Below, piece after piece: positions 21,317 to 30,886 of a DNA stretch of 64,000 nucleotides; within the stretch, counting starts at the first letter, position 1, and each line of letters opens with the position of its first letter. The stretch is from Spirochaetia bacterium (GTDB lineage: Bacteria > Spirochaetota > Spirochaetia > CAKZLE01): NCBI GenBank assembly GCA_963677595.1, contig OY782041.1, forward strand, positions 1,632,001-1,696,000, given 5' to 3'. Position numbers and translations under genes: made by a program. The notes beneath the pieces were generated by a model. The model had not been told where the DNA came from and made no database searches. It saw only the letters and a list, made by a program, of their open reading frames with translations.

Positions 21317-21565
21317 ATGGAGAAACGTCTGGGATTCGTCGGGATCATTATCGAGAACAGGGAAGAGAGTGCTGACAGGGTGAACCACCTCCTGTCAGAG
21401 TTCGGGGAGCAGATCATCTGCAGGACCGGTGTGCCGTACAAAGAGAAGCACGTATCGGTCATCACGCTCATCGTCGATACCACGACCGACGCTGTCGGTG
21501 CGCTGACCGGGAAGCTGGGCTCCATACCCGGGGTATCAGTCAAGTCGAACCTCTCGAAGAAGTAG
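21317..21565 (+). CDS. TM1266-family iron-only hydrogenase system regulator
   Basis: GII.E.R......N.LLS, R.GVPY, ALTGKLG.IPGV.VK; precedes hydF. Confidence 0.88.
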   Translation: MEKRLGFVGIIIENREESADRVNHLLSEFGEQIICRTGVPYKEKHVSVITLIVDTTTDAVGALTGKLGSIPGVSVKSNLSKK

Positions 21566-21574
21566 GGCTCACCC

Positions 21575-22828
21575 ATGAAGACAACACCAAAATCTCTAAG
21601 ACTGCAGTTGGGACTGTTCGGCAGGACCAATGTAGGGAAGTCGAGCGTGCTCAACATGATCGCGGGCCAGCAGGTCGCGATCACCTCCCCGATCCCCGGG
21701 ACCACGACGGACGTGGTCGAGAAGAGCATGGAGCTCCTCCCGATCGGTCCGGTCGTCTTCCTCGACACGGCGGGGATCGACGATGACTCGGATCTTGCCG
21801 CTGAAAGGATCCGGAAGACGGAGAAGATCTTCTCGCGTGCTGACATCGCTGTCCTCATCACGGAACCGGGTACCTGGGGCCCCTATGAGCGGCAGGTCCT
21901 CGAAGAGGCACAGTCTAGAAACACCCCGCTGATCGTGATGGTCAACAAGGTGGACCTGGTCCCTGAAGGGGACGGTGCCGAATGGATTGATCCCTCGATA
22001 GCAGGGGAGCACATCATCTGGTGCAGTGCCCTCGATACCCCCAGGCGGGATGAGTATATCAACGCGTTCAAGCAGGCAGTCATCTCCCTGGTCCCGGATG
22101 ATTTCATCGCACCCCCGCCTCTGGTCCATGACCTGATGCCCTCAGGCGGACATGCGATCTTCATCATCCCGATCGATATCGAGGCCCCGAAGGGACGGAT
22201 CATCCTTCCCCAGGTCCAGGCCATACGCGACATCCTGGACGGGGACTGCCATGTCACCGTCGTCAAGGAACACCAGTATCGCGCGGCGCTCGCAAACTGC
22301 GTGAAAGCGCCGGACCTGGTGGTCTGCGACTCCCAGGTGGTTGACCGGATGGTCCGGGAGACTCCTGAGAACATAGCCTGTACCACCTTCTCGACCCTGT
22401 TCTCACGGTCTAAGGGCGACCTGGAGGCGCAGGTTGAGGGAGTGCTGGCTCTGGAGGGCATGAGGCCGGAAGACCGGATCCTCATCGCTGAGTCCTGTTC
22501 GCACCATGCGATGGATGATGACATCGGGAGGGTGAAGCTCCCTAAGTGGCTGACCGGCTACCTCGGGTTCGAGCCGCAGGTCGATGTCTGCAGCGGAAGG
22601 GACTATCCCGACAACCTGTCAGATTATGCCCTGGTCATCCACTGCGGGGCATGCATGCTCACGCGGCGCGAGATGCTCATGCGTATCGAGAAGGCGCGGA
22701 AGGCCGGGGTGCCCGTAACCAACTACGGCCTCGCGATCTCCCATATCCACGGGACCCTCGAGCGGGTCATCTCCCCGTTCCCGGGCCTGCGGGAACTCTT
22801 TGTGAAACAGGTGAAGGAGGCTATATGA
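21575..22828 (+). CDS. hydF: [FeFe]-hydrogenase maturation GTPase
   Basis: GRTNVGKSS, DTAG, NKVD, CxH...HCGAC. Confidence 0.95.
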   Translation: MKTTPKSLRLQLGLFGRTNVGKSSVLNMIAGQQVAITSPIPGTTTDVVEKSMELLPIGPVVFLDTAGIDDDSDLAAERIRKTEKIFSRADIAVLITEPGTWGPYERQVLEEAQSRNTPLIVMVNKVDLVPEGDGAEWIDPSIAGEHIIWCSALDTPRRDEYINAFKQAVISLVPDDFIAPPPLVHDLMPSGGHAIFIIPIDIEAPKGRIILPQVQAIRDILDGDCHVTVVKEHQYRAALANCVKAPDLVVCDSQVVDRMVRETPENIACTTFSTLFSRSKGDLEAQVEGVLALEGMRPEDRILIAESCSHHAMDDDIGRVKLPKWLTGYLGFEPQVDVCSGRDYPDNLSDYALVIHCGACMLTRREMLMRIEKARKAGVPVTNYGLAISHIHGTLERVISPFPGLRELFVKQVKEAI

Positions 22829-24315
22829 GTGTATCAGTGAAGGACTGGGTCACTACCCGGATCATCCCCGACGAGATCGACCGGTACAAGGACGAGTCCG
22901 GGCGTGACTTCATCGATGATGGGAAGATCGAGCGTGAGCTCGAGCAGATGCGGGACCCTGACCCTGCATACATCCGCGAGATCATCGCCAAGTCCCTGAG
23001 GATCGAGACCCTCTCACCCCTGGAGACGGCAGCCCTGCTCCATGTGAAGGACCCCGGTCTCATCAGCGAGATGGAGGATGCGGCGATCAGGATCAAGAAG
23101 TACGTCTATGACAACAGGATCGTCACCTTCGCACCGCTCTACCTGAGCAGCAAGTGCGTCAATGGCTGCAAGTACTGCAGCTTCCGGACGGAGAACGGCG
23201 AGATGGAGCGGCGGACCGTCCCGATGGGCGAGCTGAAGCGCGAGGTCCAGACCCTTGCCGGGGAGATCGGCCACAAGCGGCTGATCGTGGTCTACGGCGA
23301 GCACCCGGACTCCGATGTCGACTACATCGTCGACACGGTGAAGGAGATCTATGATGCACAGTTCACGACGAAGAAGGGGACTGGGCAGATCCGGCGTGTG
23401 AACATTAACGCAGCCCCGATGTCGGTGGGGGACCTGAAACGGCTCAAGGAGGTCGGGATCGGGACCTACCAGGTCTTCCAGGAGACCTACCACAAGAAGA
23501 CCTATGAGGAGGTGCATCCGCAGCATACGCTGAAGGGCAACTACGACTGGCGGCTCTACACCATGCACCGGGCCTTCGATGCCGGGATAGACGACGTGGG
23601 GATCGGGGCACTCTTCGGCCTCTATGACTGGCGCTTCGAGGTCATGGGACTCATCTACCATACCCACGAGCTGGAACGAAGGTTCGGGGTAGGTCCCCAT
23701 ACTATCTCCTTCCCGAGGCTGGAACCGGCGGCGAACGCGCCGCTGGCCACGGACTCGAAGTACCTGGTCTCCGATGATGACTTCAAGCATGCGGTCCTTA
23801 CCCTGCGGCTCGCGGTCCCCTATACCGGCCTGATCCTGACGGCACGGGAGGATGCCGCCTTGCGGAGGAGGATCCTCCCCCTCGGCATCACGCAGACCGA
23901 TGCCTCGACCAGGATCGGCCTGGGAGCCTACAGCAGGGAGACTGGGGAGCAGGAGATCGAGCGGCAGCAGTTCGTGATCGGGGATTCCCGCTCACTGGAC
24001 GAGGTGGTCCGGGAGATGGCGCAGATGGGGTTCATCACCTCCTTCTGTACGGCGGGTTACCGGTGCGGGAGGACGGGGCACAACATCATGGACATGCTCA
24101 AGTGCGGCACGGAGGGTGAGTTCTGCAAGCTCAACGCCATCATCACCTACCGTGAATGGCTCGATGATTTCGCGAGCGAGGAGACGAAGGCAGTCGCTGA
24201 AGAACTGATCCACAGGGAGATCGACGAGGTGAGGGAGCAGAACCCGAAGATGTTCGGCATGCTCATGGAGTACTACGGCAAGACGGAGCAGGGGGCACGG
24301 GACCTCTATTTCTAG
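22825..24315 (+). CDS. hydG: [FeFe]-hydrogenase radical SAM maturase
   Basis: FAPLY, CVNGCKYC, FQETYH, GPHTISFPR, C-terminal CX5CX19C; start at RBS AGGAGG ATG 22825. Confidence 0.93.
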   Translation: MSVSVKDWVTTRIIPDEIDRYKDESGRDFIDDGKIERELEQMRDPDPAYIREIIAKSLRIETLSPLETAALLHVKDPGLISEMEDAAIRIKKYVYDNRIVTFAPLYLSSKCVNGCKYCSFRTENGEMERRTVPMGELKREVQTLAGEIGHKRLIVVYGEHPDSDVDYIVDTVKEIYDAQFTTKKGTGQIRRVNINAAPMSVGDLKRLKEVGIGTYQVFQETYHKKTYEEVHPQHTLKGNYDWRLYTMHRAFDAGIDDVGIGALFGLYDWRFEVMGLIYHTHELERRFGVGPHTISFPRLEPAANAPLATDSKYLVSDDDFKHAVLTLRLAVPYTGLILTAREDAALRRRILPLGITQTDASTRIGLGAYSRETGEQEIERQQFVIGDSRSLDEVVREMAQMGFITSFCTAGYRCGRTGHNIMDMLKCGTEGEFCKLNAIITYREWLDDFASEETKAVAEELIHREIDEVREQNPKMFGMLMEYYGKTEQGARDLYF

Positions 24316-24327
24316 CAGGAAGATACT

Positions 24328-25386
24328 ATGGATAAGCAAGAGATCATGGAGATCCTCTCGATTGGGTACACCGACACCGACCGGCTCGTGCAGCTCAAGG
24401 AACGTGCGACCAGGGTCATGAAACAGCATGTCGGTGAGGATGTCTACTACCGGGGGATCATCGAGTTCAGTAATGTATGCGCCCTCGACTGCCGGTACTG
24501 CGGCATCCGGCGCGGCAACAAGAAGGTCATAGACCGGTATACGTTATCAGAGGAGGAGATCCTCGAGAGTGCGGTATGGTGTGCTGCACAGGGTTACGGG
24601 TCGGTGGTCCTCCAGTCAGGGGAACGCAGGGATGAAGGGTTCATCTCCTTCGTTGAGCGGGTCGTCAGGAGGATCAAGGAAGCGACCATCTCAGAGCGTC
24701 TCCCCCATGGTCTTGGGATCACCCTGAGTGTCGGGGAGCAGGAGGAGGGGACCTACCGGAGGTTCTACGCAGCAGGTGCCCATCGCTACCTGCTGAGGAT
24801 CGAGACGACTGACCGGGACCTCTTCTCCTCTCTGCATCCTATGGAACAGACCTTCGAGAACAGGGTCTCCTGCCTCCACTCACTGAAGGAAATAGGGTAC
24901 CAGGTAGGGTCTGGGGTCATGATCGGGATCCCCGGGCAGACTGTGGAGATGCTCGCCGATGACATCGGGTTCTTCCGTGAAATGGACGTGGACATGATCG
25001 GGATGGGACCCTATATCGTGCATCCCGACTCGCCCATGGCCCCGCTCGGGATGATGGGAAAGGAGCAGCTCATGCAGCTCTCACTGAACATGATTGCCGC
25101 GGTGCGTATCGCCTTGGAGGATGTGAACATCGCATCCACCACGGCGCTGCAGGCACTCTACCCTGACGGCAGGGAGCGGGGGTTGACCTACGGTGCGAAC
25201 GTCACCATGCCGAACCTCACCCCGAAGGAGGTGAGGGCCGGCTACCAGCTCTATGCGGGCAAGCCATGCATGGATGAGACGAAGAGTGAGTGCAGGGGGT
25301 GCCTGCTCCGAAGGGTGGAGTCGACTGGGAGGACGGTCGGGTTCGACGAATGGGGTGATTCACCCCATGCAGCGAAGAGAGCATGA
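24328..25386 (+). CDS. hydE: [FeFe]-hydrogenase radical SAM maturase
   Basis: RGIIEFSN.C..DC.YC, YLLRIET, GANV.MPN.TP, Y.LY.GK. Confidence 0.93.
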   Translation: MDKQEIMEILSIGYTDTDRLVQLKERATRVMKQHVGEDVYYRGIIEFSNVCALDCRYCGIRRGNKKVIDRYTLSEEEILESAVWCAAQGYGSVVLQSGERRDEGFISFVERVVRRIKEATISERLPHGLGITLSVGEQEEGTYRRFYAAGAHRYLLRIETTDRDLFSSLHPMEQTFENRVSCLHSLKEIGYQVGSGVMIGIPGQTVEMLADDIGFFREMDVDMIGMGPYIVHPDSPMAPLGMMGKEQLMQLSLNMIAAVRIALEDVNIASTTALQALYPDGRERGLTYGANVTMPNLTPKEVRAGYQLYAGKPCMDETKSECRGCLLRRVESTGRTVGFDEWGDSPHAAKRA

Positions 25387-25399
25387 GGATGAGTAAGAA

Positions 25400-26467
25400 A
25401 TGAGTAAGAAGGTATTGGTTGGAATGAGCGGCGGAGTGGATTCATCCGTCGCGGCGGCGCTCCTGGTAGACCAGGGGTATGAGGTCACCGGGGTCATCAT
25501 GAAGATCTGGGATGATGAGCTTATGTTCGACCAGGCCGGTAAGCATGCCTGCTTCGGGCCGGATGAGAAAGAGGATGTCGAGAAAGCGCAGGAGGTCTGC
25601 GACCGGCTCGGGATCGAGCTGGTCCAGGTCGACCTCAAGGATGCCTACCGCGATACGGTCCTGGACTACTTCAGCTCGGAGTACAGCTGCGGCAGGACGC
25701 CCAACCCCTGCGTCAGGTGCAACAGCAGGATGAAGTTCGGGGCGATGGTCGACCGGGCAAGGGAACTCGGCATCACGTTCGACTACTTCGCGACCGGCCA
25801 CTATGTGAGGAAGTCAAGGGATGAATCATCCGGTGTCTGGCACCTGCGGAAAGCCGCCGACCACAAGAAGGACCAGAGCTACTTCCTCTACCGCCTTGAT
25901 CAGGGGCAGCTTGCTGCTGCTCTCTTCCCCCTCGGCGATATGACCAAGGACGAGGTCAGGCAGTATGCTGTGAAGAAAGGCTTAGGGTTCGAAGGTATCC
26001 CGGAGAGCCAGGACTTCATCGGCGGTGACTATACAGAACTTCTCAAACCGGGGAAGCCCGGCTTGATCGTCGATACCGACGGGAGGGAACTCGGTACCCA
26101 CCAGGGGATCGGGCAGTATACCATCGGGCAGCGGCGGGGCCTGGGGATAGCATCGAGAAAGCCCCTCTATGTGGTCCGGATCGATGCGGAGAGGAACCTG
26201 GTCTATGTGGGGACTGATGATGAGCTCTATACGGGAGAGCTCACTGCTGATGAGCTCGTATGGGGCCCGGTACGGCCGGAAACCTTCCCGGTTCCCTGCC
26301 GTATCAAGGTCCGCTCACAGCAGGAACCCTTTCCCGCAGAGATCATCGGGATGGGAGATGATTCTATCAAGCTGCGGTTCGCGAACCCCCAGCGGGCGAT
26401 CACCCCGGGACAGTCGGTAGTCATCTACCGGGAAGACCTGGTGCTCGGGGGCGGGGTGATCCAGTAG
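25400..26467 (+). CDS. mnmA: tRNA 2-thiouridylase
   Basis: SGGVDS, TPNPC..CN, ATGHY, KDQSYFL, YTIGQRRG, TPGQ. Confidence 0.95.
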   Translation: MSKKVLVGMSGGVDSSVAAALLVDQGYEVTGVIMKIWDDELMFDQAGKHACFGPDEKEDVEKAQEVCDRLGIELVQVDLKDAYRDTVLDYFSSEYSCGRTPNPCVRCNSRMKFGAMVDRARELGITFDYFATGHYVRKSRDESSGVWHLRKAADHKKDQSYFLYRLDQGQLAAALFPLGDMTKDEVRQYAVKKGLGFEGIPESQDFIGGDYTELLKPGKPGLIVDTDGRELGTHQGIGQYTIGQRRGLGIASRKPLYVVRIDAERNLVYVGTDDELYTGELTADELVWGPVRPETFPVPCRIKVRSQQEPFPAEIIGMGDDSIKLRFANPQRAITPGQSVVIYREDLVLGGGVIQ

Positions 26468-27892
26468 CTATCGTGACCGATAGAGCGGCTTGCCTTCCCC
26501 GACGACCAGCTCCCGGATCTCGCCATCCTCGATGAGGGGAGTGACATACCGGTTCATGGCATAGTAGGGAGTCAGCCCGAGGAACCCGGCGATCTCATCA
26601 CGGGTCCTCGGTTCTGAACAGTAGGATATGATCGCCTTCCTGGATCGTGCATGTTTCTTGTCGAACGGCGGGGCCTCATTCCTCAGGATCACCGTGAATG
26701 TCCCCCGTTCGTTGATGAATTCCGGTGGGGGCAGATGTGCTTCATCCATCTCATGGATGATGGTTGCTATCCCGGAATTGCGGTTCTCGACGATGTCCAT
26801 CGTCTCAAGGAGCAGGGCAAGGGCAGGGTTGCGGGATACACTCATTGCCCTCCCCAAGGCTTCGACGGTCAGGCTCCCGTACAATCCCCCGGGGCTGCTG
26901 ATCTCGATCCGGTCGTTATAGAGTACGACCCTGACCGGTGCCCCCTCCGTGTGGATGCTGTAATCTCGGTGCATCAGGGCATTCAGGATGATCTCCCGTA
27001 ACGCTATGACCGGGTACTCGTACCGGTCCTTCCGTCTTCCGTGGTCATCTATGACCGTCCGGGTCTTCATATTCCTCTGCAGGAAGGCCAGGGTCCCTTC
27101 GGTCATCTGGGGGATGGTCCCCTCGATCCTCTGGTTTGCCAGGAACCGTTCGGCTCCCTCACCGGTTTCCCCCATCACGGTCCCGGGTACCACGACTGCC
27201 GTGACCATGAGCTGCGGGAAGCAGGCTTGGGGGTAGTCGGAGAAGCAGAGGACCCCTGCAAGGCTGGGAGTCCCTTCCGGGCTGAGTATGCCCAGCAGGC
27301 TCATGATACGGCTATCCTCGAACCCTGAGAGATTCGGTTTCCCCCGCCGCACAGCCTTCAGGAAGTTCTCGAGTCCTGCGTTATCGAAGTAGGCGGCTTC
27401 CGGCCTGTCGATCGGCCGGATATCATCTTGGATGCGGCGTCGGTATGCTTCGAGACTGTACAGCTCATAATCGGTCATGACTTCATCAGCGTCACCCACC
27501 CGGATATAGGATCCCCTGAATTTCCCCCTGCCCCGGTAATAGACCGGCCGCAGTACAGGGTCAGCACCGGGGATCTCTGCGGAGACGACGGTCCCCCCGT
27601 CCCCCGAAAGGACTGTGAAGACTGCCCTGACTGGCGGTTCCATCTGCCTGCACTGTTGGGTGACCCTCTGTATCAGGTCCTGCGGATCATATACACCGAC
27701 TACCGAGCAGGAGGTCCGCTCATCCACACCGAAGAGGATGATACCGCCGGTATCTTGGTTGGAGAAGGAGGAGAGTGTGTTGTAGAGCCTTTTCGGGCAG
27801 CCAGTGTGAGCTGCCTTGAGTTCGAGCCGCTGGTGCTCACACTGGTTTTGTTCCAGCCTGTCTAACAGGTCCTGTAATTCTTCGGTCTGCAT
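26468..27892 (-). CDS. AlbA_2 (Schlafen-like) + HATPase-like + HTH putative regulator
   Basis: LELK, SFSN..GG.I.FGVDE, YP..ALRE...NALMHRDY, SPGGL, RNP. Confidence 0.82.
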   Translation of the reverse strand: MQTEELQDLLDRLEQNQCEHQRLELKAAHTGCPKRLYNTLSSFSNQDTGGIILFGVDERTSCSVVGVYDPQDLIQRVTQQCRQMEPPVRAVFTVLSGDGGTVVSAEIPGADPVLRPVYYRGRGKFRGSYIRVGDADEVMTDYELYSLEAYRRRIQDDIRPIDRPEAAYFDNAGLENFLKAVRRGKPNLSGFEDSRIMSLLGILSPEGTPSLAGVLCFSDYPQACFPQLMVTAVVVPGTVMGETGEGAERFLANQRIEGTIPQMTEGTLAFLQRNMKTRTVIDDHGRRKDRYEYPVIALREIILNALMHRDYSIHTEGAPVRVVLYNDRIEISSPGGLYGSLTVEALGRAMSVSRNPALALLLETMDIVENRNSGIATIIHEMDEAHLPPPEFINERGTFTVILRNEAPPFDKKHARSRKAIISYCSEPRTRDEIAGFLGLTPYYAMNRYVTPLIEDGEIRELVVGEGKPLYRSR

Positions 27893-27893
27893 A

Positions 27894-27927
27894 GAAACAG
27901 TATACCATAGGAGCGGTATACTGTTTC
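27894..27927. promoter_or_regulatory. 13-bp perfect inverted repeat over the promoter of the AlbA_2 gene
   Basis: GAAACAGTATACC-N8-GGTATACTGTTTC; contains the minus-strand -10 TATACT. Confidence 0.65.
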
Positions 27928-27999
27928 AAATTTTTATGGATATGTTAAAATATAATGACAGATTTTAAAATATATTAGTATATTTCAAAATTTCATCCA

Positions 28000-29211
28000 T
28001 CACCAGTCCAGCAGTCTCCGTTCCCCCTCCAGCTGCTGGATCTCCGTGATATCCTGGGATACCTCCAGTACCCCCTCATACTCCCCTGCGTCGTTACAGA
28101 GGGCGTAGTAGGTGATCATGACCTTCTTCCCGCCGAAGTTGAGCCAGAAGGAGGCCTTGGACTTCTCCTTGTCCTTGAAGGCCTGGACGATCTGCTGGAC
28201 CACATGGACGCTCTTCGGCGGGTGGCACTTCTCCACATCCCTGCCGATGATCGCGGGGGTACGGGGGAAGAGCCGGTCATCGGTCGCGGAGTAGTACCGT
28301 ACCTTGTCATCAGCATCCACGTAGGTGAGGTCGAACGGGAGGTTCTTGAGCATCAGGTTGATCTGTGCCGGGGTCAGGCCTCCCTCATCCAGCGGTATGG
28401 TGTCGGAGGAGACAGTACCTGCCGCCGGAGCAGCCACAGCCTTATTCCCGGTGATCTCGGAGAGGGCTGGTTCCCACAGGCTGCCCCTGCTGATCCAGGA
28501 GAACCCGATCTCGGGTTCCTCGGCATAGATGACCGACCAGACAGCCTGGTCGAGTTTTTTCAGGGAGGTGGGGTAGAGGATCTTCTCCTCCATGAAGATC
28601 ATGTTCTTCATGGTCTTCAGTACTGCCGACCCTGCCTTCTTCACCTGTTTGCCGGGCGCTGACTGTGCGACCAGGGCTTTCAGTTCCTTGAGCCCGTCAC
28701 GTATCTCGTCGTGCTTCCCCCACATGACCGAGGTCGGCCCGTTGAAGCCGACTGCCTCGAGCTTGGGGAAGAGCTGGTTCTCCTTGCGCTGGTAGTGCCG
28801 CTCCACCTCCGCGATATCATCGATGAGGGCGGTCAGCAGTCCGGGTGAGTAGGTATCCTTCTTAGCCGCCTTGATCTGCTCCTCGAGGACCTTCAGCTTC
28901 TTCTCGAGCTCGCGGTTCTCTTCGCGATAGGTATGGATCGGGTGGCCTGGCATGAAGTGTTCCTCTTTCTGCTTCTTCAGCTCATCCTCGAAGACCTCGA
29001 CATGGACCTCGCACAGCTGCTGGATGTTGGAGGCCTCGAACCCCTCGTTGATCAGGGCCTGTTCCATCGCCGCGATCTCGTCGGCTTGGAGCCCGTCCAG
29101 GACCTGCGCGAACTCATCTTTGAGTTCCTTGACTCCCTTCCCTTCATGCAGCTGGAGGATGATCCTCTTCAGCTGTTCTGATTTATCTGCATTACCGAAA
29201 AACTCACTCAT
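28000..29211 (-). CDS. DUF438 / hemerythrin-like / PAS domain protein
   Basis: LCEVH, GHPI.T...EN, HY.RKENQLFP, VMWGKHDEIR, IIGR.V..CHPPKS. Confidence 0.88.
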   Translation of the reverse strand: MSEFFGNADKSEQLKRIILQLHEGKGVKELKDEFAQVLDGLQADEIAAMEQALINEGFEASNIQQLCEVHVEVFEDELKKQKEEHFMPGHPIHTYREENRELEKKLKVLEEQIKAAKKDTYSPGLLTALIDDIAEVERHYQRKENQLFPKLEAVGFNGPTSVMWGKHDEIRDGLKELKALVAQSAPGKQVKKAGSAVLKTMKNMIFMEEKILYPTSLKKLDQAVWSVIYAEEPEIGFSWISRGSLWEPALSEITGNKAVAAPAAGTVSSDTIPLDEGGLTPAQINLMLKNLPFDLTYVDADDKVRYYSATDDRLFPRTPAIIGRDVEKCHPPKSVHVVQQIVQAFKDKEKSKASFWLNFGGKKVMITYYALCNDAGEYEGVLEVSQDITEIQQLEGERRLLDW

Positions 29212-29296
29212 GGTATTCCCCCTGTATTCAGTATGGACTCTTCTTGAAATATCTCAATAGCTTAGCCTTAAGATAATCGGATCCATTTCGTTCGGC

Positions 29297-29312
29297 GGTA
29301 ACCAAGGTTACA
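29297..29312. promoter_or_regulatory. Candidate Crp/HcpR-type site
   Basis: Minus strand TGTAA-ccttgg-TTACC upstream of the DUF438 gene. Confidence 0.5.
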
Positions 29313-29377
29313 GGGGTACAAATAATTTCATCCTGGAAAGATTTGCCCTCTGCCCCATGTTGGAGTATCTTATCAGT

Positions 29378-29926
29378 ATGGAAATACTGAGAGAAATTAC
29401 AGAACGGAGGGCCTACAGGGCCTTCTCAGGAGATAGTGTTGGAACTGATGTCATCGACAGGATCGTCGGGGCGGCGCACCTTGCGGCAAGCTGCCTCAAC
29501 AACCAGCCGTGGCATTTCGTCATCTATGAGACAGCTGAGGAGATCGAACGGATCAGCACCGCCCTGACGCGGGGCAACCAGTGGGCATCTAAGAGCGCCT
29601 TCCTTGCCGCGGTCGTCACGGACCCGGAGGCTGACTGCCGGCTGAGCCATAACAGGGACTACGCCCTCTTCGATACCGGTATGGCAGTGGAGAACATGAT
29701 GCTGCAGGCGGTGCATGAGGGGCTCTATGCCCACCCGATGGCTGGCTTCGACCCCGACGCCGTCAGGGAGATCTCGCAGGTCCCGGAGAACTTCACCATC
29801 GTCGCGATGGTGGCCTTCGGTGTACCGGGGGACCCGGCGGACCTCGATGAGCGGCTCCAGAAGAAGGAAGGGGCCCCGAGGGTACGCAAGCCGGTCGAAG
29901 AGGTCATCCACAGGAAGGGATGGTGA
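29378..29926 (+). CDS. Nitroreductase family protein
   Basis: RR..R.F, A.S..N.QPW.F, D.G.A..NM.L.A; promoter TTGCCC-N17-TATCTT 6 nt before ATG. Confidence 0.88.
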   Translation: MEILREITERRAYRAFSGDSVGTDVIDRIVGAAHLAASCLNNQPWHFVIYETAEEIERISTALTRGNQWASKSAFLAAVVTDPEADCRLSHNRDYALFDTGMAVENMMLQAVHEGLYAHPMAGFDPDAVREISQVPENFTIVAMVAFGVPGDPADLDERLQKKEGAPRVRKPVEEVIHRKGW

Positions 29927-29929
29927 CCG

Positions 29930-30856
29930 ATGCCCTATGATATCTCGGACAAACTGGTGATCGGCATCGCCTCGAGCGCGCTGTTCGACCTCGGTGAGTC
30001 CGACCGGGTCTTCAGGAACGAGGGGGAGCAGGCCTACCGGGCGTTCCAGCGGGAGCATGAGTCCGAGACCCTGCCGAAAGGGGCGGCGATGCCCTTCATC
30101 AGGCGGCTGCTGAACCTCAATTCCCGGATACCGGGAGTAGAGCCCATAGAGGTGATCCTCTTCTCGCGCAACGATCCCGATACCGGGCAGCGAGTCTTTA
30201 ACTCGATCCGGGATTACAAACTCGATATCACGCGTGGGGTCTTCACGAGCGGTGAGTCCCCCTACCGCTACCTCGACTCGTTTGGCACCTCTCTCTTCCT
30301 CTCCGCCAATAACGAGGATGTGGTCAAGGCCATCGATACCGGCCATGCAGCGGGGACCGTGCTCCGGTCGGTCGTCACCGACGATGATGACTCCTACGAA
30401 CTCAGGGTGGCCTTCGATTTCGATGGGGTGATCGCCGATGATAGTGCCGAGAATGTCTACCAGAAGAAGAACCTCAATGCATTCCAGGAGTCTGAGATAA
30501 GCAATGCCGCGGTCCCGCACCCACCCGGGCCCCTTCGCGAGTTCTTCGTCAAGCTCGCGAGGCTGCAGCAGGTCGAGCAGGAGTACCGCCTGGTCGACCC
30601 CTCCTACCGGAAGAGTATCAGCACGGCCATCATCACCGCGAGGGGAGCACCTGCGAACGAGCGTGTCGTTACCACCCTGCGTTCATGGAACGTCATGGCT
30701 GACAAGACCTTCTTCCTCGGCGGGGTCGAGAAGGGGAGGATCCTCGACATCTTCAGGCCTCACATCTTCTTCGATGACCAGCTCACGCACCTCGAACCCT
30801 CCTCAGGGTTCATTCCTTCGGTGCATATCCCGTTCGGCCGGATCAACAAACACTAA
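29930..30856 (+). CDS. 5'-nucleotidase (PF06189-type)
   Basis: SSALFDL, SRN.P.TG.R, RVAFDFDGV, TARGAP, PHIFFDDQ. Confidence 0.88.
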   Translation: MPYDISDKLVIGIASSALFDLGESDRVFRNEGEQAYRAFQREHESETLPKGAAMPFIRRLLNLNSRIPGVEPIEVILFSRNDPDTGQRVFNSIRDYKLDITRGVFTSGESPYRYLDSFGTSLFLSANNEDVVKAIDTGHAAGTVLRSVVTDDDDSYELRVAFDFDGVIADDSAENVYQKKNLNAFQESEISNAAVPHPPGPLREFFVKLARLQQVEQEYRLVDPSYRKSISTAIITARGAPANERVVTTLRSWNVMADKTFFLGGVEKGRILDIFRPHIFFDDQLTHLEPSSGFIPSVHIPFGRINKH

Positions 30857-30886
30857 GAAAGTAGTATGACTGTAGTTGAGAAGTCA

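Noticed and set aside
22546-22824. N-terminal extension of HydG in the ORF track
   Set aside because: Overlaps hydF out of frame; a strong RBS supports the start at 22825
27925-27955. dif-like site (ATATGTTAAAA)
   Set aside because: No XerC arm at the correct spacing; likely chance in AT-rich DNA
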